64,000 bases of DNA from the NCBI GenBank assembly GCA_022770625.1, contig JALEHK010000022.1, forward strand, positions 23,800 through 87,799, given 5' to 3'. Shown here piece by piece: positions 56,519 to 64,000 of this stretch (position 1 is the stretch's first letter; the number at the start of each line of letters is the position of its first letter). The notes beneath the pieces are model-generated. The model made no database searches, was not told the origin of the DNA, and saw only the letters and a program-made list of their open reading frames with translations. The position numbers and the translations under genes were made by a program. The DNA is from Oscillospiraceae bacterium. Its GTDB lineage: Bacteria > Bacillota > Clostridia > Oscillospirales > Ruminococcaceae.

Positions 56519-58597
56519 ATGCCTAGAGACGTATCCCTTGAAATGACACGAAATATTGGTATCATGGCGCACATCGACGCAGGTAAAACCACCGTTACCG
56601 AACGTATTCTTTATTACACCGGTAAGATTCATAAGATGGGCGAAACCTACGAAGGTACCGGCACCATGGACTGGATGGCTCAGGAACAGGAAAGAGGTAT
56701 TACCATTACCTCCGCAGCTACTACCTGCTTCTGGAAAAAGCATCGTGTCAACATCATCGACACTCCCGGCCACGTTGACTTCACTGTTGAGGTTGAACGT
56801 TCTCTGCGTGTTCTTGACGGCTCTGTTACAGTTTTCTGTGCAAAGGGCGGCGTAGAACCCCAGTCCGAGACTGTCTGGCATCAGGCCGACAACTATCATG
56901 TCCCGCGCATGTGCTTCGTCAACAAGATGGACATCATGGGCGCAGACTTCTACAATGCTGTCGATATGATGCATGAGCGCCTGCACGCACCGGCGCATCC
57001 GATTCAGCTCCCCATCGGCGCTGAGTCCGATTTCGTAGGCCTCATCGACCTGCTCGAAATGAAGGCTTACTACTATAACGATAAGATCGGCGAGGATATC
57101 TCGATTGTTGATATCCCCGATGATATGAAGGATAAAGCAGAACAGTACAGAGGCGAAATGATCGAAGCCCTCGCTGAAAACGATGACGCGATCATGGAGA
57201 AATACCTCGAAGGCGAAGAGATCTCGATCGATGAGCTGAAAGCAGCCATCCGTAAAGAGACCATCGACAACACCTTCGTTCCGGTACTGTGCGGTTCCGC
57301 TCACTTCAATAAAGGTATGCAGAAACTGCTCGACGCAATCGTCGATTATATGCCTGCTCCTACCGACATTCCCTCGATCAAGGGTGTCGATCCCAACACC
57401 GGTGAAGAAGTCGAGCGTCATTCTTCCGACGACGAGCCTTTTTCGGCTCTCGCGTTCAAGATCGCGACCGACCCCTTTGTCGGCAAACTGTGCTACTTCC
57501 GCGTTTATTCCGGTAAGGTTGACGCAGGTACGACCGTTTACAACTCGGTCAAGCAGAAACCCGAAAGAATGGGTCGTATTCTTCAGATGCACGCTAACCA
57601 CCGTCAGGATATCGAGACCTGCTACGCAGGTGATATCGCAGGCGCAGTCGGCCTGAAGGTCACCACCACCGGTGATACCCTGTGCGATCCCAAGGCAGAA
57701 GTTGTCCTCGAGTCGATGGAGTTCCCGGAACCCGTTATCCGTGTTGCGATCGAACCCAAGACCAAAGCCGGTTCCGAAAAGATGGGCATCGCCCTCGCAA
57801 AGCTGGCTGAAGAGGATCCTACCTTCAAGACCTACACCGATGAAGAAACTGGTCAGACCATTATCGCCGGCATGGGCGAGCTGCACCTCGAGATCATCGT
57901 TGACCGTCTGCTCCGCGAATTCAAAGTCGAAGCAAACGTCGGCAAACCTCAGGTAGCTTACCGTGAAACCATCAAGGGCAACGCTGACGTTGACAACAAG
58001 TACGCCAGACAGTCCGGTGGTAAAGGCCAGTACGGTCACGTTAAGATTCGCGTTTCTCCCAACGAGCCCGGCAAGGGATACGAGTTCATCAACTCGGTCG
58101 TCGGCGGTTCTATTCCGAAGGAATACATCCCCGCAGTCGATGCCGGTATCCAGGGCGCTCTCCAGTCCGGCGTTCTCGCAGGTTATCCTGTTGTTGACGT
58201 CAAGGTTGAGCTGTATGACGGTTCTTACCACGAGGTCGACTCTTCTGAAATGGCATTTAAGATCGCCGGTTCTATGGCAATCAAGGAAGCCCTCAGAAAA
58301 GCAAACCCCGTTATCATGGAGCCTCTGATGAAGGTCGTTGTTGTAGTGCCTGAGCAGTACATGGGCGACGTCATCGGCGACCTGAACTCCCGCCGTGGTC
58401 AGATCCAGGGCATGGAGGCGAGAAACGGCGTAGAGGATATCAACGCGCTCGTTCCTCTGGCGGAAATGTTCGGCTACGCGACCGACCTTCGTTCCAAGAC
58501 GCAGGGTCGCGGCAACTACTCGATGGAACCCAGCCACTATGTTGAAGTTCCCAAGAGCATTGCTGAAAAGATCGTTGCTGAGAGAACTAAGAAATAA
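56519..58597 (+). CDS. fusA: elongation factor G
   Basis: [25 protein letters not shown]..., [12 protein letters not shown]. Confidence 0.98.
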   Translation: MPRDVSLEMTRNIGIMAHIDAGKTTVTERILYYTGKIHKMGETYEGTGTMDWMAQEQERGITITSAATTCFWKKHRVNIIDTPGHVDFTVEVERSLRVLDGSVTVFCAKGGVEPQSETVWHQADNYHVPRMCFVNKMDIMGADFYNAVDMMHERLHAPAHPIQLPIGAESDFVGLIDLLEMKAYYYNDKIGEDISIVDIPDDMKDKAEQYRGEMIEALAENDDAIMEKYLEGEEISIDELKAAIRKETIDNTFVPVLCGSAHFNKGMQKLLDAIVDYMPAPTDIPSIKGVDPNTGEEVERHSSDDEPFSALAFKIATDPFVGKLCYFRVYSGKVDAGTTVYNSVKQKPERMGRILQMHANHRQDIETCYAGDIAGAVGLKVTTTGDTLCDPKAEVVLESMEFPEPVIRVAIEPKTKAGSEKMGIALAKLAEEDPTFKTYTDEETGQTIIAGMGELHLEIIVDRLLREFKVEANVGKPQVAYRETIKGNADVDNKYARQSGGKGQYGHVKIRVSPNEPGKGYEFINSVVGGSIPKEYIPAVDAGIQGALQSGVLAGYPVVDVKVELYDGSYHEVDSSEMAFKIAGSMAIKEALRKANPVIMEPLMKVVVVVPEQYMGDVIGDLNSRRGQIQGMEARNGVEDINALVPLAEMFGYATDLRSKTQGRGNYSMEPSHYVEVPKSIAEKIVAERTKK

Positions 58598-58691
58598 ATT
58601 TACCGGATATTGCAAAAAATACTTGCAATATCCGAAAAATTCTGCTACTATTATGGTACAGATTCTTTAATCGATTAAGGAGGAATTTCCA

Positions 58692-59894
58692 ATGGCAAAG
58701 GCTCATTACGAAAGAACTAAGCCCCATGTCAACATCGGCACCATCGGCCACGTTGACCACGGCAAAACCACCCTGACCGCTGCTATCACCAAAGTTCTGG
58801 CTATGAAGGGCGACGCTCAGTACGAAGCTTATGATATGATCGATAAAGCTCCCGAAGAGAGAGCTCGTGGTATCACAATCAACACCGCTCACGTTGAGTA
58901 CGAGACCGACAAACGTCACTATGCTCACGTTGACTGCCCCGGCCATGCTGACTACGTTAAGAACATGATCACCGGTGCTGCTCAGATGGACGGCGCTATC
59001 CTCGTTGTTTCCGCAGCTGACGGTCCCATGCCCCAGACCCGTGAGCACATCCTGCTCGCTCGTCAGGTAGGCGTTCCCTACATTGTTGTTTTCATGAACA
59101 AAGTTGACCAGGTTGACGACGAAGAGCTGCTCGACCTCGTCGAGATGGAAATCCGTGAGCTCCTCAACGAGTACGACTTCCCCGGCGACGACGCTCCCAT
59201 CATCCGTGGCACCGCTCTGGGCGTTCTCGAATGCACCTCTACCGATATCAACGATCCCGCTTACAAATGCATCCTCGAACTCATGGACGCTGTTGACGAG
59301 TACATTCCTACTCCCGACCGTGCTGCTGACAAGCCCTTCCTGATGCCTGTTGAGGACGTTATGACCATCTCTGGTCGTGGTACCGTTGCTACCGGCCGTG
59401 TTGAGAGAGGCACCATTAAGGTTGGCGACGCTGTTGAGATCGTTGGCCTGAAAGAAGAAAAGGGCACTTCCACCATCACTGGTCTGGAAATGTTCCGCAA
59501 GACCCTGGACTACGCTGAGGCTGGCGACAACGTCGGTGCTCTGCTCCGTGGTATCCAGAGAAATGAGATCGAAAGAGGCCAGGTTATTGCTAAACCCGGT
59601 TCCGTTCATCCTCATACCAAATTCCACTGCCACGTTTACGTTCTGAAAAAAGAAGAGGGCGGACGTCATAAACCCTTCTTCACCAACTACAGACCTCAGT
59701 TCTACTTCCGTACGACTGACGTTACCGGCATCATCACCCTGCCCGAAGGCACCGACATGGCTATGCCCGGCGATAACCTCGACTTCGACGTCGAGCTGAT
59801 CACCCCCATCGCTATGGAAGAAGGCCTGCGCTTCGCTATCCGTGAAGGCGGCAGAACCGTTGGTTCCGGCGTTGTTTCCAGCATCCAGGCTTAA
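58692..59894 (+). CDS. tuf: elongation factor Tu
   Basis: [33 protein letters not shown]..., [12 protein letters not shown]; RBS AAGGAGG. Confidence 0.98.
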   Translation: MAKAHYERTKPHVNIGTIGHVDHGKTTLTAAITKVLAMKGDAQYEAYDMIDKAPEERARGITINTAHVEYETDKRHYAHVDCPGHADYVKNMITGAAQMDGAILVVSAADGPMPQTREHILLARQVGVPYIVVFMNKVDQVDDEELLDLVEMEIRELLNEYDFPGDDAPIIRGTALGVLECTSTDINDPAYKCILELMDAVDEYIPTPDRAADKPFLMPVEDVMTISGRGTVATGRVERGTIKVGDAVEIVGLKEEKGTSTITGLEMFRKTLDYAEAGDNVGALLRGIQRNEIERGQVIAKPGSVHPHTKFHCHVYVLKKEEGGRHKPFFTNYRPQFYFRTTDVTGIITLPEGTDMAMPGDNLDFDVELITPIAMEEGLRFAIREGGRTVGSGVVSSIQA

Positions 59895-59927
59895 GTTTTA
59901 AGCTCGGCTGACTGATCAGACGTTTTT

Positions 59928-59966
59928 CGCCCCCGACCCTTAAAAAGGTTGGGGGCGTTTTATTTT
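59928..59966 (+). terminator. Rho-independent terminator after tuf
   Basis: CGCCCCCGACC / GGTTGGGGGCG stem followed by TTTTATTTTT. Confidence 0.85.
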
Positions 59967-59970
59967 TCTC

Positions 59971-59999
59971 TTGACAAAATGCGCGCTCCGGCGGACAAT
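59971..59999 (+). promoter_or_regulatory. promoter (TTGACA, 17-bp spacer, GACAAT)
   Basis: TTGACA at 59971-59976 and GACAAT at 59994-59999, upstream of the fifth C26 gene. Confidence 0.55.
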
Positions 60000-60030
60000 A
60001 AGAGTATTATGATAAAAGGAGTCTGTTCCC

Positions 60031-60750
60031 ATGAAACCTTTGATTGCGATTTCCTGTACAACCAACTGCGCGGGGCTTTCCGACCAGCCGGCGCGGATGA
60101 TCGAAAATCCGATTGCTTATTCCAATGCGATTGCGGCGGCGGGTGGCGTTCCGATCCTGACGCCAGAATGCTGCGTGGGCGAATATGCGGAGATGTGCGA
60201 CGCGCTTCTTCTTTCCGGCGGACACGATGTGGATCCGACCTGGTACGGGGAGGACGTTTTGAACGACACGGTTCATATCGACCTTTCGCGTGACGCTTAT
60301 GAGATCGAACTGACCAAGGCATTTCTGAGGAAAGGCAAGCCGATTCTTGCGATCTGCCGCGGATTTCAACTGCTCAACGTTCTTCTGGGCGGCGACCTTT
60401 ATCAGGACGTTTTGGCGCAGATGGGATTTGTACATATGAACCGCGATATCCGCCATCCGTTTTACGCGGAAGAGGGATCGGTGCTGGAGAGGCTTTACGG
60501 CGAGGTTTTTCGGGTCAATTCGACCCACCATCAGGCCATCCGCCGTCTCGGAAAGGGCTTGAAGGCAACCGGACATTCGGTCGAGGGGATCATTGAAAGC
60601 TATGAATCGGAGAATCCGTCTCAGCTGATCTGGGGGACGCAGTTCCATCCCGAGCGTCTGACCGGCGCACAGTGGGATGATCGCACCCCGGATTTTGGCA
60701 GCTATTTTTCGGCATTTATTGAAGCTGTCAGCCGGGCAAGCGGCGAATAA
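60031..60750 (+). CDS. gamma-glutamyl-gamma-aminobutyrate hydrolase family protein (peptidase C26, PuuD-like), canonical
   Basis: GKPILAICRGFQLLNVLLGGDLYQD, VNSTHHQAI and GTQFHPE: a complete Cys-His-Glu signature. Confidence 0.85.
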   Translation: MKPLIAISCTTNCAGLSDQPARMIENPIAYSNAIAAAGGVPILTPECCVGEYAEMCDALLLSGGHDVDPTWYGEDVLNDTVHIDLSRDAYEIELTKAFLRKGKPILAICRGFQLLNVLLGGDLYQDVLAQMGFVHMNRDIRHPFYAEEGSVLERLYGEVFRVNSTHHQAIRRLGKGLKATGHSVEGIIESYESENPSQLIWGTQFHPERLTGAQWDDRTPDFGSYFSAFIEAVSRASGE

Positions 60751-60908
60751 TCGAACGGATGAAAAGAGACCGGCAGGGTGAAAACCTTGCCGGTCTTAAA
60801 AATTAAACAATTATTTGCAATTTTCGGTCTTATTTTTGATTGACTAGAGAAGTACAGGTGTTCTATAATAGAATAAAAAGCGGAAATCAAATAGAAAGGG
60901 AGTTTTTT

Positions 60909-61778
60909 ATGTATTGCAATGAATTGGTATATCAAAAAGTGCTCGAGATGCGCCGGGGGTCGGCCTCGCAGGATGCACAGGGTAAAATTTACGGTAAGGA
61001 AGCATATATTCCTGTTCGCGATGGCCGTCAGGTTCGCGTGCTGAGCTATACTCCCGAAGGGAAAGATCAAGCCACGCTTCCCGTCTATTTTGATGTGCAC
61101 GGCGGCGGATTTATTATGGGTACGCCGGAAGGCGACGACGCTTTCTGCCAGCGGGTATGCGAGGAGCTTGGAATCCGGGTCATCGGGATCGATTATCGGC
61201 TCGCTCCCGAAAATCCCTGCCCGGCGGATAAAGAGGACGTTTATGATGTGATCGAGTATTGCCACGATCATCCGCAGAAGTACGGGATCGATCCCGAGAA
61301 AATGGCGGTCGGCGGACATTCGGCCGGTGCGAATATCTCGGCGGTCGTGGCCAAATGGGCGGTCAGATCGGGCGCGTTTTCGCTGCGCTGCCAGATCCTC
61401 GACTACCCGCCGATGGATGTCCAGACCAACCCTTACCAGAAGTTCTTTACCGAAGGGGCGATCCCGCCTTTTGTCGCCGATCTTTTCAATGACTGCTATA
61501 TCGATCACGCGCACGCGGGCGATCCTGATTGTTCGCCGGTCTATTGCAGCGAAGAGGACTTAAAAGGGCAGTGCCCGGCGGTCGTTCTGACCTGTGAGAT
61601 CGACTCGCTTCGGGATGAGGGCGAACAGTATGCGCTGATGCTGATGAAAGCGGGCGTGGAAGTGACCGCAAAACGGTTTCTGGGCGCGGCGCACGGCTTT
61701 ACGATGCATATGGGCGACCCGCTCGCGGACGCGGGACAGAAGATGATGATCGAAGGGCTTCGCCGCTATCTCAAATAA
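60909..61778 (+). CDS. alpha/beta hydrolase, hormone-sensitive-lipase-like esterase
   Basis: HGGGF oxyanion motif and GHSAGA nucleophile elbow. ATG 60909 follows AAAGGGAG. A TTGACT/TATAAT promoter pair lies at about 60841-60869. Confidence 0.8.
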   Translation: MYCNELVYQKVLEMRRGSASQDAQGKIYGKEAYIPVRDGRQVRVLSYTPEGKDQATLPVYFDVHGGGFIMGTPEGDDAFCQRVCEELGIRVIGIDYRLAPENPCPADKEDVYDVIEYCHDHPQKYGIDPEKMAVGGHSAGANISAVVAKWAVRSGAFSLRCQILDYPPMDVQTNPYQKFFTEGAIPPFVADLFNDCYIDHAHAGDPDCSPVYCSEEDLKGQCPAVVLTCEIDSLRDEGEQYALMLMKAGVEVTAKRFLGAAHGFTMHMGDPLADAGQKMMIEGLRRYLK

Positions 61779-61810
61779 GTATTCCAAAACAGAAAGGAAG
61801 AAAAATCTGT

Positions 61811-63805
61811 ATGAAATATCAGAAACTCTTTACCCCTTTTTCAATCGGTAACGTTCAGTTGAAAAACCGGTTTGCACTCGCGCCGATGGGACCGCTCGGT
61901 CTGGGCGATGCGAACGGCGGCTTTAACCAGCGTGGTATTGATTATTACACCGAACGCGCAAAGGGCGGCACCGGCCTGATTATCACCGGCGTTACCTTTG
62001 TTGACAACGAAGTAGAAGAGCACGGTATGCCCAACTGTCCTTCGCCGACCTTTGACTCGGTTCACTTTACTCGCACTGCACGGGAGATGACCGAACGGAT
62101 CCATGCTTATGGCTCCAAGGTCTTTCTTCAGATGTCCGCCGGTTTCGGACGTGTCACCATCCCGACCAACCTCGGCGAATATCCTCCGGTTGCGCCCTCT
62201 CCGATCCCTCACAGATGGCTGGATAAGATCTGCCGTGAACTGACGGTCGAAGAGATCCACAAGATCGTCAAGTCGTTCGGACTGGGCGCCTATAACGCCA
62301 AACGCGCAGGCTTTGACGGCGTGCAGATCCACGCGGTTCACGAAGGATACCTGCTCGACCAGTTCGCGATTTCGATGTTCAACCACCGCACCGATGAATA
62401 CGGCGGAAGCCTGGAGAACCGGCTGCGCTTTGCCAAAGAGGTCGTCGAAGAGATCAAGACAAGATGCGGGCAGGATTTTGTCGTTACCCTCCGTTTCTCG
62501 CCCAAGAGCATGATCAAGGACTGGAGAGTCGGCGCACTTCCCGGAGAAGAGTTCGAGGAGATGGGACGCGACCTTCCCGAAGGAATTGAAGCGGCGAAGC
62601 TGCTGGTCAAATACGGCTATGATGCGCTGGATGTCGACGTCGGTTCCTACGATGCATGGTGGTGGAGCCATCCCCCGATGTATCAGGAAAAGGGCCTTTA
62701 CCGCAAGTACGCGAAGCTGGTCAAAGACGCGGTCGATGTTCCCGTTATCCTCGCCGGACGGATGGACAATCCCGATATGGCACTTGAATCGCTTGAAAAC
62801 GGCGACTGCGATATTATCTCGCTCGGCCGTCCGCTTCTGGCTGATCCCGATTACGTCAACAAGCTCCGCTTCGGCGATCTCGCGGGCATCCGTCCCTGCA
62901 TCTCCTGTCAGGAAGGCTGCATGGGCAGAATTCAGAACTATTCGATGCTCAACTGTGCCGTCAACCCGCAGGCCTGCAAGGAAGGCCCCAACGCTTATCG
63001 TCCGATCTTCCGTTCCAAGAAGGTCTGCATCATCGGCGGCGGTGTTGCCGGATGTGAAGCGGCGCGCGTTCTCGCGATCCGCGGACATAAGCCGGTGCTG
63101 TTTGAAAAGACCGGCGTGATCGGCGGCAACCTGATTCCCGGCGGTGCTCCTTCTTTCAAAGAGGACGATATTGCGCTGGCAAAGTGGTACGAGCATCAGA
63201 TGGAAGTCCTCGGTGTTGAGGTGCATATGAACACCACCGTCACCAAAGAGATGGTTCTCTCGGGCGGATATGATACCGTAATTGTTGCGACTGGCTCGAC
63301 CCCGAAGGTCTTTAAGCTGGGCGATGACGAGAAAGTATATACCGCGGCGGACGTTCTGACCGGCGTTAAGGATCCCGGCGATACCACTGTTATCGTCGGC
63401 GGCGGTCTGGTCGGGCTTGAGCTTGCGCTCGACCTCGCGGAAAAAGGCAAGAAGGTCACCGTTGTGGAAGCGATGGATAAACTCCTCGCAGTCAACGGCC
63501 CGATCTGCTCGGCCAACAAGGAGATGCTTCTGGCGCTGATCCCCTTCAAGGGCATCGAGACCGTCTGCGGCGCACGGGTCAAGAGCTTCAAGGACGGAAA
63601 ACTCTCCTATGAGAAGGACGGAGAGGTTCACGAGATCCCGGCAGACAGCGCGATCCTCGCGGTCGGTTACAAGGAAGAAAACAGCCTCTATCAGGAGCTT
63701 CAGTTTGAGGTTCCGAGCATCTATCTTCTGGGCGACGCGAAGAACGTTTCCAACATCATGTACGCGATCTGGGATGCGTTTGAGGTGGCCAACCATATCG
63801 ACTGA
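61811..63805 (+). CDS. Old-Yellow-Enzyme-type FMN/FAD/[4Fe-4S] oxidoreductase (2-enoate reductase / 2,4-dienoyl-CoA reductase family)
   Basis: N-terminal OYE TIM-barrel (NRFALAPM, GTGLIITG, HAVHEGYLLDQF), Cys cluster CISCQEGCMGRIQNYSMLNCAVNP, then two Rossmann GxGxxG motifs (IIGGGVAG, VGGGLVG). Confidence 0.85.
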   Translation: MKYQKLFTPFSIGNVQLKNRFALAPMGPLGLGDANGGFNQRGIDYYTERAKGGTGLIITGVTFVDNEVEEHGMPNCPSPTFDSVHFTRTAREMTERIHAYGSKVFLQMSAGFGRVTIPTNLGEYPPVAPSPIPHRWLDKICRELTVEEIHKIVKSFGLGAYNAKRAGFDGVQIHAVHEGYLLDQFAISMFNHRTDEYGGSLENRLRFAKEVVEEIKTRCGQDFVVTLRFSPKSMIKDWRVGALPGEEFEEMGRDLPEGIEAAKLLVKYGYDALDVDVGSYDAWWWSHPPMYQEKGLYRKYAKLVKDAVDVPVILAGRMDNPDMALESLENGDCDIISLGRPLLADPDYVNKLRFGDLAGIRPCISCQEGCMGRIQNYSMLNCAVNPQACKEGPNAYRPIFRSKKVCIIGGGVAGCEAARVLAIRGHKPVLFEKTGVIGGNLIPGGAPSFKEDDIALAKWYEHQMEVLGVEVHMNTTVTKEMVLSGGYDTVIVATGSTPKVFKLGDDEKVYTAADVLTGVKDPGDTTVIVGGGLVGLELALDLAEKGKKVTVVEAMDKLLAVNGPICSANKEMLLALIPFKGIETVCGARVKSFKDGKLSYEKDGEVHEIPADSAILAVGYKEENSLYQELQFEVPSIYLLGDAKNVSNIMYAIWDAFEVANHID

Positions 63806-63872
63806 TAAGATGAAAAAGCTCCGTCTTTTTGCCTGAAAACAGCGGAAAATGCGGGGTAAAATTCTCTGATAA

Positions 63873-63926
63873 GCGCACCTGTGTCAAGGAAAAATACTTG
63901 ACACAGGTGCGCTTTCGTGTTACAAT
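63873..63926 (+). promoter_or_regulatory. 16-bp perfect hairpin (terminator-like) whose 3' arm carries the -35 of a TTGACA/TACAAT promoter
   Basis: GCGCACCTGTGTCAAG (63873-63888) pairs with CTTGACACAGGTGCGC (63897-63912). TTGACA at 63898-63903, 17-bp spacer, TACAAT at 63921-63926. Confidence 0.6.
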
Positions 63927-64000
63927 ATCAGATGTAAAGCAAAAAGGTTTACATCCAAGAAAAAAGGCGGGGTTTACGGAACGGAGGAAGAGCCGGTGGC

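Noticed and set aside
56501-59669. 704-aa and 360-aa minus-strand ORFs opposite fusA and tuf
   Set aside because: They are antisense to universally conserved translation factors and have no motifs or RBS.
61841-63796. 651-aa minus-strand ORF
   Set aside because: It is antisense to the OYE/Fe-S/FAD reductase gene. That gene carries clear FMN-barrel, Cys-cluster and GxGxxG motifs; the antisense ORF carries none.

Overview
GC-rich chromosome segment, probably from a spore-forming Clostridia-type Firmicute. That placement is an inference from cwlD, the SCIFF peptide and maturase pair, a T-box leader on alaS, and the rpoB-rpoC-rpsL-rpsG-fusA-tuf block. I found no rRNA, tRNA, CRISPR array, transposase or integrase. 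From 1 to 20.3 kb the genes are mostly housekeeping: a ThyX-fold protein, a Tmk-like kinase, 5-formyl-THF cyclo-ligase, mltG, a U32 peptidase, cwlD, radA, a Nif3-like protein, an SGNH hydrolase, a MarR regulator with a two-gene ABC exporter, an MFS transporter, T-box-alaS, a HIT protein and a phosphoribosyltransferase. From 20.3 to 38 kb lies an accessory hydrolase and transport island. On the minus strand it holds an M20 amidohydrolase, an esterase and an orphan solute-binding protein. A roughly 0.9-kb AT-rich gap follows, containing one self-contained promoter-to-terminator unit. On the plus strand a consensus promoter and a terminator-containing leader drive a long operon: four peptidase-C26/GATase-like genes in an A-B-A-B array (both A copies lack the nucleophile Cys), an Opp/Dpp-type ABC importer with two paralogous binding proteins, and an M19 dipeptidase. 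From 38 to 64 kb come an orphan OadB/OadG pair, an ECF sigma with its anti-sigma factor, a P-II-like protein, a DivIVA-like protein, a MATE transporter, nth, yajC, a membrane protein carrying an in-frame 12-nt tandem repeat, scfA/scfB, the rpoBC-str block, a fifth C26 gene, an esterase and an enoate-reductase-type flavoenzyme. The best candidate for an undescribed system is the A-B-A-B C26 pseudoenzyme/enzyme array coupled to the dual-SBP peptide importer and the M19 dipeptidase. I hypothesise it is a gamma-glutamyl-peptide import and degradation system. All homology statements are by-eye motif recognition. No database search was run.
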